Below are positions 12,495 through 26,868 of a DNA stretch of 64,000 nucleotides, piece after piece. A program made the translations under genes and the position numbers. Positions within the stretch are counted from its first letter, which is position 1. Every line of letters begins with the position of its first letter. Below the pieces are notes generated by a model that saw only the letters and a list, made by a program, of their open reading frames with translations, did not search any database and was not told the origin of the DNA. Source of the DNA: the human T2T-CHM13v2.0 reference genome, Homo sapiens; NCBI RefSeq assembly GCF_009914755.1, contig NC_060928.1. The stretch is one strand, 5' to 3'.

Positions 12495-12716
12495 TGGATT
12501 CCTGAGAAAAGGATGAGTTCAGCCCCCTTCCACTTGCTCCCTTTCATCACGTGATGTCTTCTACCATGTTATGGCCCAGCAAAAAGGCCCCCACCAGATG
12601 AGGATCCTTGATCTCAGACTTTCTAGCCTCCAGAACCAAATTAAATAAGCTCCTATCACTTAAAAATGACACAGTTTGTGGTATGCTAGTATAACAGTAC
12701 AAAATAGATTAAGATA
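12495..12716 (+). mobile_element. MST-type MaLR LTR 3' part
   Basis: aaggcccccaccagatg...cttgatctcagactttctagcctccagaacc...aaatagattaagata. Confidence 0.75.
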
Positions 12717-13715
12717 ACATTATTACTGCTCTATCTTGCCCTAAGAACTTTGATGACTTTGGCTTTCCTGGATATCCTTCTGAGTCTCTAGAATTAGGTA
12801 TAAATATGCCATTTTGTACTTTTTTAGTAATGCACAAAATTTTCCTTTTATTAGGAGAAAACCTGACTAAGCTCATATACGATGAGCTACATTTAGAGAA
12901 TCATGTATCAAATCTACAAACGTAGTTCTTGGTTAGATTGGAACCTCCTTTCCCCACCTCTCTATTAGAAATGTGTAATTTAAAAAGTCATAGCTGTGAG
13001 AAAAAATAGACAAACTACCAGTAAAGCTAAAATTATCTGCAGCCTCATTTGAGGAATAAAGGAGTGGATAGGATAATGTTACATCAAAACAAAATCACTG
13101 ATCCAAATACAGAAGTGTGATGAGTGTAATTTCTTTTTCTTTAAGAAACATTCCATCAACAATCTCTTCCCTTTTACTTTTTAACTAAGTTATTGCTTAC
13201 AAAATTAATGTATCTTTCAGAAAAAAAAAACTCCTGTTTTCAATGTAAAAAAATAAATAGTATGGTTTTCTTTGTATAACTAGATTGCACATCAATACTT
13301 TATTCTTGATCATAAAACTACAAGTGTAGTTTAACAAAATGCAAATAATGCAAATAACTTTAATGTGTAATTACATGTAAAATGGCTCATTGAATAATAG
13401 TTAAGTACAAATTTATTCCATAAAAAATAATATTAACATACCATAATGCCTTTATTAATTTTAGTATCAATCTTGTTATTTTTCAAGATAATTATATATA
13501 TGAAAGTTCTATTTTGTTTGCCATTTATACCTCCTTGAAAAATAGAATGGTTATTAAAAAACTCGGAAGAATAAAATCTGTTGTTATACAACTAACTCAA
13601 AGTTCATTATCAATGTTGGTCATGATGGATAGCAGTACCAAATCACAGGTTTCCATCATCATCATCATCATCACTACATTCCTCAGGCAGTGGAAACTGT
13701 CATTTCAGGGGATCT

Positions 13716-13790
13716 GAAGTAAGGTGATCCGAAATAAAGGGAAGTAAGGTGATCTGAAATAAAGGGAAGTAAGGTGATCTGAAATAAAGA
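13716..13790. repeat. 3 x 25-bp minisatellite
   Basis: Unit gaagtaaggtgatctgaaataaagg in three near-identical copies. Confidence 0.95.
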
Positions 13791-14653
13791 AAATTTTTCT
13801 AGAGTGAGGATAGTGAGGTAAAAAAAGAATATCCATTATTTGGCAAATTCTAATATGCCTCATCTAATTTAATCATTACAAAATATCTAGTAGTTGTCTT
13901 TGTTCAGTAATAAAAACTAAAGTTTGAATCCAGAGCACATGACTTATGTCACTATGTAAAAGAGAACAAAATTGGTTGACACTTTCCTTACCGCCAATGG
14001 TAGTTAACTAACTATTTTATGTATTTTATAGTGGATTTTTATGTTACTTTGGATTCCCATTTTTCATAAAGGGTTTGGGCATGAGACGTGATTTTAAGAA
14101 GGATTGTGACTGGCCTAACTTCATCTTGACTGATTTTTACCTTAATTTTCCTAAAGACACTATCAGAATGATGTACATTATAAATAATAATAATAATAAT
14201 AACAGTACTATCAATAACCATGACAAATGAATTTTATTTGAACTAATTTTATCTGAATAAATATATTATTTAATAAATTAATACATTGTTTTCAAGTACT
14301 TTCTCTTAAGAGCTTGTTTCACACTATCTTTGTCTCAGAACACATTTTTTGGTCTTTGGTCATCTCTTTATCACTTATTTTCTCCTCCATCTTAATTATC
14401 CATAGCACAGAACTGACATTTTATAATTACCATTTTTCTTAGTAATGTTTTATTTATTTACTCATGTTCTGACTTTCTCATTTTTTAATTACAAATGTGG
14501 TTCAAATGAATGTTTTGTATTTTCATGCTTTAAAATTTTCTAAATTTATGTGTAAGTTTCAGTTATGTATCTTCTCATTCATTATTTTATTATCCATTTA
14601 TTCTTATTCACTGAAGAATAGTTGCACTACTATATATAGAAGAGATGGCAGAC

Positions 14654-14916
14654 GTTGGGAGGCCAAGGCGGGCAGATCACCTGAGGTCAGAAGTTCCAGA
14701 CCAGCCTGGGCAACATGGCGAAACCCCATCTCTACTAAAAATACAAAAAGTAGCCGGGTGTGGTGGTGTGCGACTGTAATCCGAGCTACTTGGGAGGTTG
14801 AGGCAGGAGAATTGCCTGAACCTGGGAGTCAGAGGTTGCAGTGAGAGAGATCATGCACTGCACAGCACAGCCTGGCGACAGAGCAAGACTCCGCCAAAAA
14901 AAAAAAAAAAAAAAAA
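14654..14916 (+). mobile_element. AluS, 5'-truncated by about 35 nt
   Basis: Alu dimer with A tail; TSD aagagatggcagac at 14640-14653 and 14917-14930. Confidence 0.95.
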
Positions 14917-17894
14917 AAGAGATGGCAGACATTTCTAACTGGGTAGGGCAAGAATGACATGTATTGAGCCTAAGGTGACTGTACTTCAAAGGATCATGGA
15001 ATTAATTTCGTATTAATAATTCTTCTTAAAGTTTTTTTTCTATCTTTGCTTTTTACTCTATTGTCTCTACCTATGTGACCTTTCTATATCCCTAGATCTA
15101 ATAGTGGGCTGTACACTACACTGGTGATTCCCAAATCTATATTTCCAAATCGTGTTAAATATGCAAGAAAAACTATCTATTTTAAGTTTGTGTCAATTTA
15201 CTTGTAGCACAGATTTTCTATAAATTAGAAATTAAATAAATTCATTTTAAAATAATACAGTTAAAAAATGTAGCACAATAGGATGTTAGTTTGAAGCTAA
15301 TACTCTGGCCTTCTTTATTTGTTCAAGTGCTTCGATGCTAAGTATTGAAATGAATATACTTACAGTTTCCATTTTTAACGACAAACTCATAAAATTATAA
15401 AATTAGTCAATTTTGTATGTGTGTATAACTTCATGAAAAATTCATAAATTCATTATATGTTAGTTACCAATCTTTCCCCTCAAAGAAGCAAATTACAACC
15501 TCGTTTCTCAAAGCAATAGCAAATGTAAGTGGACTGCCAATAAATGTAACAGGACGCAAATTTGTTGGAAAACAGTAATATGTTCAGTCTCTTTAAAAAT
15601 ACTAATTTATTTCTGTTGTTTATTTAAATAATTTATCAATACTATTAGACACTTTAAATTCCCACTGACATAAGACTTGCTACTCTTCCTTCAATATTAA
15701 GAAAGTGCCCATTTTATCTCTTTGTGGGAATAGTCTAACCAAATTCCCTGTATACTTGTTATTAACTATTAGAAATATATACTAATATATTAATCTTTTC
15801 ACATCCTGAGTCTTTCAGCAAAATTAAAAAATAATGTCTAGACTGTACCCAGAACCCATATTATTCATCTTTGCCTTATTAAAATTGTAAACACATTTGA
15901 GACCACAGCATAAAAACAAGAGTATATAATACTTTCCTTGTGTACAAACTCCTCACATTTAACTGAAGGGGATCTAGCAAGTCTGATGAAAATACAATTT
16001 TTAGGCTCAATGATTTGGGTATATACATTTCCAACAAAAGTAATCTGGCTAAATATAAGCTGAGATAATTGTATTTTAAAATTTGAGAGTATTTCCTTTG
16101 CAATTGTTTTATAAATTAATATTAATCATTACCCATGGTGGCAATGGAAGTTATTTCCTCTCATATAATTACAGAGACTTTTTGTTTGTTCCTGAATTGA
16201 AACTTGATGTTTGTGATTAGTGGAAAGTAAAAATAATCAATAATAACAAACTATTGAATTTATATTGGTCTACAAACATGATAGCATCATAGTGTGGGAG
16301 TATGAAGAGTAAGCAGCCAAAAGATGTCAAAGGCCCACATGACATTTCTTGGAGCAAATGATCAGTTCTCTGAATCCCAGGCATAAAACAAATGTAAGAG
16401 GACTCATGGCGGCTGTAATCATTTCAGTGTTTTAAACCATGGCAGTGCCAGGTGGTGACTCAGAGAAGGATTGGTGGTGGCAGATCAAGTGAGAAGTATT
16501 CAGTTTAGACATCTGCATTTGTAGAGGGAACAAAGTGCTTTCTAGAACCCCTTTCAAATGCTGTTCTGGAGAGACATAAAACATCTATGTTTGTTTGTAT
16601 GCCATGACAAAAGCAGCTATGGAAAAGCAACTTTGACTTTTGTGGGCTAACTTATGTACAGTCAATCAGATCCACCGGGTGACAGTCCAAATCAGTCATT
16701 ACGATGGGTGGAAACATCAATCGACCTTGCCACAATCCAGTGTTTGCGTCATACAGGCACAAACTATGTTTATATGCCTAAGGTAAGTGGATGAAGGAAC
16801 AGCATTAGGGGTCAATAAATTTCACTGACCCTGTAAGCTTGATCTGTTTAGAATCCCTGTAGTATCCAGAACTGAGGCCCTGTGAATCAGTTATATTTGC
16901 CTGTATCAAACTTCTCCAGTAACATGATATTTTGCCACTTTTTATATTATGATTTTCAGTATATCCTCAAATAGTTTTTATTTTTCCCGATTAATAACTA
17001 TTTGTTAGGAATTATTTTCAACTGGCAATGCCTTTTCCACAAAAACTTGTAAATATTTATCTGGAAACCTAATCTATCTTAAAATATATTGATCTATGTT
17101 GATTAAAACTCTATGTCACCCATAAATAAAAGATAGGTCCATTTCTGAGAAAGATGGCACATTTAATTACAGACCATGAAATGTTTTTAAATGCTGTGGT
17201 ATGGCTCCATTTCTAAGCAAAGCATGCTTGGAGAGCTGTAAAAAATATAGTTTTGGTTTACTTCTATTTACTAAAAAAAAAAAAATCTAAGCAATGCTTA
17301 GGATTTAAAAATATATATAATCTCTCCTCATTTTTCAGCCTTTTCCAAAAATCTTTATATCTCTTTTAACATTATTTTTTCCCACTGTTTCCTTGGATGT
17401 TCATCTGTACCTCTCTTCTTAAAACACCTGTCAGGCTCACAAATGTAGTACCTCTTTATGGAATATGAACATGAAGATAGAAGGCATTTTCGAAGACCAC
17501 CCTTTCTCAGCTTATATAATATTGTTTTCTAACGTTATTATTTTTTACATTTTGAACAACAGGCAATTCTTATAATTACATATATGTTTATGTTTATTAG
17601 TGTTTCAGAGTCACTCCTTCATAGCAAATAAACTTCCGTATAATTGCAGATATTCTAGGTTCTCCCTAAACACTTTCAAATATAATTTATATGGGCATTT
17701 TAAATGCTTCTCTTCAACCTTAAGCACAGCCCTAAACTGTTCCCTTTAAATATAAGACAGCGAAAACAAGCTCATAATTCATCAAACTTTTATAAGTTTT
17801 GAAGAAAATGTATGAAAATTATATATGTATATTAAAATAGGATGACAGAGTAAGAGATTCTGAAGTCCACTAGTGATCCTACTAAATTCAATTA

Positions 17895-18956
<1,062 letters not shown>

Positions 18957-19333
18957 CTATAATATAAATTATTGATGTGTTTATTTTTCTCTGTTTTCCC
19001 CTGGATAAAAGCTACATTCACATTGAGATAGTACTTGACTTATTCACTAGCAGAACACTTGTAACTAGGACAAGGTCTGGAGCTGAAGAGATACTCAGTA
19101 CATATTTGCAGACTGGTTTTATTCTGGAGAGGTATTTGAATTAAAGTCATTGTTGGATGTATGGATCTTTCTGATATATTCCTCCGTAATTATCCACTTT
19201 TCAAACATGCTTATAAACTTTTCAAAAATAAAATCTTTTTTGTGTGCTCGAGTTGTGTAGAACTCTAACATGCTCAGAGATAAGTCAATTCATAGTATCA
19301 CCCCATTCTTTGCAGCTATGTCCATTTGATGAC

Positions 19334-19561
19334 CAGGGATCATCAAATGTTTTCTGTAAAATGCCAGATAGTAAAGATTTTCTTCTTGACTAGCCATACA
19401 GTCTGTGTCACAAATAAGTCATCTCTGCTGTTGTAGTGTAAAAGCATCCAAAGGAAATACTGCACCTAAACAAATAGGCATGATTGTTTCTAAGTTAACT
19501 TTTTTCACAAAAACAGAGGAAAGGCCAGATTTAGTCCTGGGCAGTAGTTTGCTGACCACTG
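19334..19561 (+). mobile_element. MER58A hAT-Charlie MITE
   Basis: cagggatcatcaaatgttttctgtaaaatgccagatagtaaa...gtagtttgctgaccactg. Confidence 0.8.
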
Positions 19562-22500
19562 CTGTAGTAGTTACATACACATCACTTTTTCCCTATTGCC
19601 CCCATCTACCCCTGCAGCTTCTTTTCTCTCTAAAAAAGGCACTGAAACCTGTAGGTGTTTGGAATGAGCTCACAGATTTCAATTTCTTAGGTTTCCTTGA
19701 AGGCCTTTGCATTGATATTTGTTTACTAATTGCTGCTTTCTTCTGCTGCCACACCACTTCTGCTGCGGCTAGAGCTTATGGAGAGAACATAAATGCCCTG
19801 GCTGAGGTTAATATATGATAATTATATCATAGTCATACAGCCTGAATCTTCAACATGTCAAGGAGGTCATGTTTGTGGAATCGTCAGTGTACTAAACTAT
19901 ACTGTATTTTGTCCACAGCTGAGGCAATTATCCCTCACTGATTGCATTATGTAGTTCTCAGGTTATTGCAGCTTACATTAGAGTGTCTCAAAGATTTCAT
20001 CCAAGAAGGAGAACTTTCAGGTTCTCCTTTAGGTCCCTGGCTTAGACAGGGGACAGAGGCTAAGCAAACGCAAAGTAACAAAGAAAAAGTATCCTTGTTT
20101 CCTCATCAGCCAATTCATTAGGGATGAGCAAAGACGGACAGTGTTCCTAAGAGAATACATGAAGTAGATCACATTAGTGTTTGCCATTGGAAGGCTAGCC
20201 CGTGATTTCTGACAATTCTGATAAACTTCGTATCTCTGGCCCTAAAGTCAGCCACATCTTGCTCATCAAAGGTTTATTTATTAGGCTTGACATTTACAAG
20301 AGTGAAAAGCAGGAGAGGTTAATGGCAGATGGTTTTACTCTACAGTGGCTGCGTCTCTTAATGATGAATTGGGCATTTGTTGTTCTATCTTTTTGGCTTC
20401 TCTTTTGAACCAGTCTGTCTACCGAGAATGCTTATAAGAATGGGTTGTATCTCTGAAAAGGGAAGTATCCAGGTTTGTAGGAGAAAGCTCAAAGTAGAAG
20501 ATAGGTATCAGGAGCCCAGATGCAGCTGAAGATCAAGACACCATCCTCAAATTAACCTTGTATATACTTATGCCAGTATTTAATACTCATCTATCTAATA
20601 AATCATTTAAATAGTTTTGAACTTGGGTGAAGATATGCATATTACTTATTAGTGTCCTTGGCCCCTAAAATATATTATCCAAATATAATGCCTGATGTAA
20701 TTCAAACATGTATAGAAAAGAAAATTAAAAAGACCAAACATTATGAATTTACAAAGCAAATTTGGTGTTCTGGTAACTTCCAACATTACAAAACCATATG
20801 ACTATTTGAAATGTCATTACCAAATTAGATAATTTTGTTAATAATGTGCTCTTTATTATTTTACTTTACATTATTTATATTGTTTGTCAAAAATAATTCC
20901 ATTAAGCACCTGTGTGCATTGTAAGGTAACATAAGATATAAGTGCAGAAAATATGCTTAATATTTTTCATTGCATTACAAAATAAATTTGCTTTTGCCAA
21001 CTGATTTAATAAATTGCAATACCTTAGGTACAATCCATCTAGAAATTCTATAACTGGTTATGTTGATATATGAGCATTTTAATGTGCTTTCATTTTCTTA
21101 AATGCATGACATGGAGCAACAAATGAGATTGAAAGTAATGAGGCATGGATTTTTTTTTTTTCTAACAGAAACCATTACATTATGAGAGTAATAAACTCTT
21201 TTAGGAATAAAGACACCTGTCACTATGGATGCCAAAGTGATACAAGCAAAGTGACTACTTCTTACTATGATTTCATTTTTATTGTGTTGAAAAGGTTTTC
21301 TGTCTCTTTTAATTTAGTCTTTGAATATTTTTACTGTTTTGCTTTTTCTTCCATTCACAATTTTTATTTCTTTATTTGCTCAACCTTTGAGATAAACCTT
21401 GGATTGCAGAAATAGTGGCATAATTGCATGCCAAGGTCAAAAATCATAGAAGCAAATAGAAAGCTGGTATTATAGAAGCAAATATATGGTAACCAGATTT
21501 AAGGTGATATGTGTTGCTAGGTTTGCATTATTAATGATTGTCTCCAAATTAATTTTTGAAGTCGAGTGTTCCGTTTCCTGAAACTTTTCTTTTTTCTAAA
21601 AAAAAAAAAAATTCATTTGACTTTTATGAAGCCCATCTTATAAGAAACAAAATTTTATTTATTGGTCTGGTTGGGAAAAAGTAGATGTATAACTGACAGA
21701 ATAATCTGTTTAAGTAATCGACATATTGCTAAGTAATATTGCATTTCCTAAAGTTACAATAAAAATATAACCAACTTTTAATCTGTATCAGAAAATATTT
21801 TTATGTGTTATTCAGGTATTAGCAATGTTTGAAAGTCAAAAGAAATTGGAGGGCTTGCAGTGATTCAAAACTTATTCTGAGATTTAACATCGTACAAGAA
21901 TGTGGAGATTTAAAAGTATACAAAATTGGTCTCCATGGGGTAATAGAACTGGAAAATATCTTGATAGCATTTCTCTTTTATAATTCTGTGACATTAATTT
22001 ATTTTCTTATCATTTGATTTCCTTTTACAATATTGAGTATAATGAAGTAATTAAAACAATACTATGGAAAACATTTATAGAAATTTCAATTATACCTATT
22101 AATATGCAGTATTAAATACTATGTTTCCTATTTTATAGTCAGGGCAGAATTCTCTGGTTATAAAATATAAATCAATTGTGAAGGATAGGAGAGGACCCAT
22201 GTCAAATTGGATCCATTTTTGGAATGAGCATAACACTTATTTTAGTTAAAAAAGCAAAAAGTTAGGGTACAGTTACAGCTTCCATGAGGTTTCAGACTGA
22301 TATCTTCCATTAAACTAGCTACATGTAATTATGGGTTTTAAAAATAATTCTATCGACACACCATAGTATTAATAAAACAAGTTAGGGAAGAGGGATTTTG
22401 TCATCATTATGTAAATTTCCATGCAAATGAGTTTCTCTTCTTAGTTCAGAGCTGAGATTCATTTTTACTCTCTATTGGAAGCCTCTTTTGCTATCCATGC

Positions 22501-22689
22501 ATCGTACTGGAAAAGTGGTCAATATGATAAAAAATGTATTAGAATACCCAATTTTAAGAGGAAACTGTCTAATTTTAACTTTGTTGATTATTAATTGCAT
22601 AACATTTAATAGAACTGTTATAGCAAAGTTCAAAGAAAATACTGAGTTTGGGGCCAAATCCATATTCTCCTATTTATAAGCTACATAGC

Positions 22690-22815
22690 CTCATACTAAG
22701 TAAAACTAATAGTAATAGTTACCTCATAAGACTGCTCTGAATATTAAATAGATTAATAAACATTAAGCACGTAGCAGTGTGTGGCACATGTACTGAAAAC
22801 TCTGTTAAGTTTTAA
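22690..22815 (+). mobile_element. MIR fragment
   Basis: aatagttacctcataag...attaaatagattaat...agcagtgtgtggcacat. Confidence 0.6.
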
Positions 22816-23784
22816 TAAATGAAACCATTATCCAAAATTAAGTGATGTGTTCCATGCATTAATTTTACAGTTAATTCAATAATTATTAATGTATTACTTT
22901 TTATTATTTTTTCTTTACATCATTTATTCAACATTTATCAGTATAATTATGCATTTGTTTGAATAGCTGCCTCATCAGAATGTAGAATGAGGACAGGAAG
23001 TAATGGGGATCACCGGAAGCGTGGTTAGCTAAGCAGGCTGTTAATCCCAATTACAAAAAAAGTTCTAAGAATACAGACTCATATACCAACTCCAGAAATT
23101 TTATTCACAATGACAACTCTAGTATCAGTAAACAGATGTAGAGCTCTTTTTGGAACCTGTGCCCCAGCCTGTACAAATCTTACTGCTAGGCATACTTTGC
23201 CCTGAACCTTAGATGTGGTGTCCTTTTCTATCAGAAACAGGAATAAATGCTGGGAAGAATTTCTTTTTTGAATTTATGGATATTATCTGGGATAGGCAGT
23301 GAATAGGAATGAGCCAAAAGCAATGTTGCTCTTCTTCTTTCCATGGTGTTGCTTCATTCTCTGTATTCATTTCTTTCTAAAGATCAACTCATTGTGAGGT
23401 TTAATGTAACTAATTTGGAAGTAACAAAAACTGGCCCCTGATTTCGTTCTTCAGATAATTCCTATGATGTTACACATATTAATAGTAAAACCTCTAATGA
23501 CATTGAAATTCGATAATAAAGTGGAAAGGTAGAAATGAAAGCCTTCTCCTCGGGACAAAGTTCTTTTATACTGAAGAGTCTCACAGAACTCCAGAGGACC
23601 TGTCTTACCTGACCATGTTCCTGAGTGGTGTTTTTAACATTTTTTTCATTCTTTTTTTTTATGCCACTCTCCAACCCTTGTCACCGTAAGTCTTTATTCT
23701 TAAATCTACTGGTGACAATTAAATTCTCAAGTGAAGTCAGTTTGGTGGCATAAAGTAGAAACTAGGATTTAGCATGAAAGCTAT

Positions 23785-24229
23785 TGTGATGGTTTATACT
23801 GGGTGTCAACTTGATTGGATTGAGGGATGCGAAGTATTGATCCTCAGTGTGTCTGTGAAGGCATTGCCAAAGGAGATTAACATTTGAGTCACTGGGCTGG
23901 GGAAGGCAGACCCACTCTTAATCTGGTGAGAACAATCTAATTAGCTGCCAGTGAATATAAAGCAGGCAGAAAAATATGAAAAGGGAGACTGGCCTAGCCT
24001 CCAGCCTACATATTCTCCTGTGCTGGATACTTCCTGCCCTCGAACGTCAGACTCCAAGTTCTTCAGTTTTGAGACTCAGACTGGCTCTCTTTGCTCCTTA
24101 AGCCTGCAGAAAGCCTATTGTGGGATCTTCTGATCACGTAAGTTAATACTTAATAAACTAATATTTTATACACACACACACACACACACATTATTAGCTC
24201 TGTCTTTCTAGGGAACCCTGAGTAATACA
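23785..24229 (+). mobile_element. MLT2A (ERVL) solo LTR
   Basis: tgtgatggtttatactgggtgtcaacttgattggattga...gaaccctgagtaataca; TG...CA ends; 5-bp TSD gctat/actat; internal CA repeat. Confidence 0.92.
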
Positions 24230-24264
24230 ACTATGATTCCACATCAATGAATATATAACCCCTG

Positions 24265-25306
24265 TGTATTACTCCTTCTCACGCTGCTATAAAGATACTA
24301 CTGGAGACTGGGTAATTTATGAACAAAAGAGGTTAAATAGACTCACAGTTCTGCATGGCTGGAGAGGCCTCAGGAAACTTACAATAATGGTGAAAGGTGA
24401 AAGGGAAGCAAGCACTTTCTTCACAAGTTGGCAGAAGAGAGAGAGTGCAGGAGAAACTGCCATTTTTTTCTTTTTTCTTTTTTTTGAAATTATACTTTAA
24501 ATTGTGGGGTACATGTGCAGTACGTGCAGTTTTGTTACATAGGTATACACGTGCATGGTGGTTTGCTGCATCCATCCACCAGTCATCTACATTAGGTATT
24601 TCTCCTAATGCTATCCCTCCCCTAGCCCCCCACCTCCCGACAGGCCCCGGGGTGTGATGTTCCCCTCCTGTGTCCATATGTTCTCATTGTTCAGCTTGCA
24701 CTTATGAGTGAGAACATGCAGTGTTTGGTTTCCTGTTCTTGTGATAGTTTGCTGAGAATGATGGTTTCCAGCTTCATCCATGTCCCCGCAAAGGACATGA
24801 ACGCATCCTTTTTATGGCTGCATAGTATTCCATGGTGTATATGTGCAGCATTTTCTTTATCCAGTCTGTCATTGATGAGCATTTGGGTTGGTTCCAAGTC
24901 TTTGCTATAGTGAACAGTGCCACAATAAATATATATGTGCATGTGTCTTTATAGTAGAATGATTTATAATCCTATGGGCATATACCCAGTAATGGGATTG
25001 CTGGGTCAAATGGTATTTCTAGTTCTAGATCCTTGAGGAATCTCCACACTGTCTTCCACAATGGTTGAACTAATTTATACTCCCACCAACAGTGTAAAAG
25101 CATTCCTATTTCTCCACATCCTCTCCGTCATCGAAACTACCATTTTTAAAACCATCAGATCTCATGAGGACTTCCTCTCTATCACAAGAACAGCATGGGG
25201 GAACCGTTCCCATGATCCAATCACTTCCCACCAGGTCCCTCTCTCCACAAGCGGGGATTACAATTTGTATGAGATTTGGGTGGGGACACACAGCCAAGCC
25301 ATATCA
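24265..25306 (-). mobile_element. THE1D-like MaLR solo LTR, split by an L1 insertion
   Basis: THE1 consensus at 24265-24467 and 25133-25306; perfect 5-bp TSD ccctg. Confidence 0.9.
24468..25132 (-). mobile_element. 5'-truncated L1PA (PA6/7-like) inserted in THE1D
   Basis: Poly-T plus L1PA 3'UTR; TSD gaaactgccattttt (24453-24467) / gaaactaccattttt (25133-25147). Confidence 0.93.
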
Positions 25307-25564
25307 CCCTGCTCATGTTTAATAAGGGGTGATGGCTTCTTCTGAACAAATCTATACAGCTTTAACACTAATTCTATAATTTCATTCTATGAATTTTTTT
25401 ATCTGAACAGAAGAAAGTTGAATTTTTAAAAAATGGATTGCCACTTAGACTATCAGCTTCAGATCAAGTATAATATGTGAAATTGTATATTTAGACAAGA
25501 CCACATCATCCTTCACCCCATCGGTTAGGTTTTAAGTAGAACAAATCTGGGTCTAGGTATTATA

Positions 25565-25805
25565 TTTATTAGGTTACTAGGGCTGATATAACAAAGCACC
25601 ACAAACTGAGTGGCTCAAAACAGAAACTTCTCTTACAGTCCTGGAAGCCAGAAGCCTGAAATCGAAGTGGTAGCAGTATTGGTTTCTTCTGGAACCTCTG
25701 AAGAAAATCTCCTATGCCTCTCTCCAAGCTTCTGGTGGTGTCAGTAAGCCTCATGTTCGTTGTCTTGTTGACACATCACTCTAATATTTGTCTCCATTTT
25801 CACGT
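25565..25805 (-). mobile_element. MLT1C/D LTR fragment
   Basis: ctagggctgatataacaaagcaccacaaactgagtggct...ctggaagccagaagcctgaaatc. Confidence 0.75.
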
Positions 25806-26382
25806 GTGGAGTTCGTAGAAACGCAGCTCCAGGACTAACTGTAGACACCAACACAAGTAACCCTTATCCTGTTAACTAGATTTCTGTTGTAACTCATCTT
25901 TGGAGCTGCTGCTAAATTTCTCTCGAGGACATATTTTGGTCAATACAGTACCTATGTGAGAGCTTATATTTTCAACATAATCATTTGGTGAGTAAAGACA
26001 ATATCAATTAAAGAAAATAAAACATACTTTGAGGTCGATGTTGATTTTTATGTAAAAGGTATAGGCATCTCCTGGTTTCTTTTCCTTAACATATTTTACA
26101 TTGATTTTCAGTATAGGTCTCACATAAAGTTTACTTGTATATCGATGTTTGTGACTGAATGATATTCACATCTACGTTATTGTATGTTAAAACATTTTTA
26201 AATCACATTTTTAATCATATTTTACCTTTTTTTCTAATTTTAGGAATTCATCTTCCCTTCCTTTACCATCAATTATTGCAGTCTTCCCTAGTCTTTTTAA
26301 GTGTATGTGTTTCTTTCTCCCTTGTTTTTTTATAATTATAAATTCAGTAGAGTGTATACTACTCAATACATTCATATTTTTA

Positions 26383-26480
26383 TTTATTTATTTTTATTTT
26401 TATTTAGTTTTTTTTTTAACAAATGAGAAAGTTTCATTTATCTCAAAAAAATCCAGGCTATACAAACAGACAACTGAAAG
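26383..26480 (-). pseudogene. Very short retroposed polyadenylated fragment of unknown source (63-nt body plus tail)
   Basis: T-rich tail 26383-26417, body 26418-26480, TSD tcatattttta on both sides, L1-endonuclease-type TTTT/AA site. Confidence 0.65.
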
Positions 26481-26555
26481 TCATATTTTTAATATAAAAT
26501 AACTCTTTATTTTAATATTAAAACATTTCAAGGGATAAGAAAATGTCTCTGAATG

Positions 26556-26868
26556 GGCTGGGCATGGTGGCTCAGGCCTGTAATCCCAGCACTTTGGGAA
26601 GCCAAGGTGGGTGGATCACTTGAGGTCAGGAGTTTGAGATCAGCCTGGCCAACATGGCGAAACCCCATCTCTACTAAAATTCCCCCCAAAATTTAAAAAT
26701 AGTCAAGCATGGTGGTGCACACCTGTAGCCCAACTACTCAGGAGGCTGAGGCATGAGAATGGCTTGAAATGGGGAGGCAGAGACTGCGGTGAGCTGAGAT
26801 TATGCCACTGTAGTCCAGCTTGGGTGACAGAGTGAGACTCTGTCTAAACAAACAAAGAAACAAACAAA
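26556..26868 (+). mobile_element. Alu (older S/J type)
   Basis: Full dimer with AAAC-type tail and heavy CpG decay. Confidence 0.95.

Noticed and set aside
19405-19818. 137-aa ORF
   Set aside because: It starts inside MER58A at a non-ATG codon and has no recognisable protein similarity.
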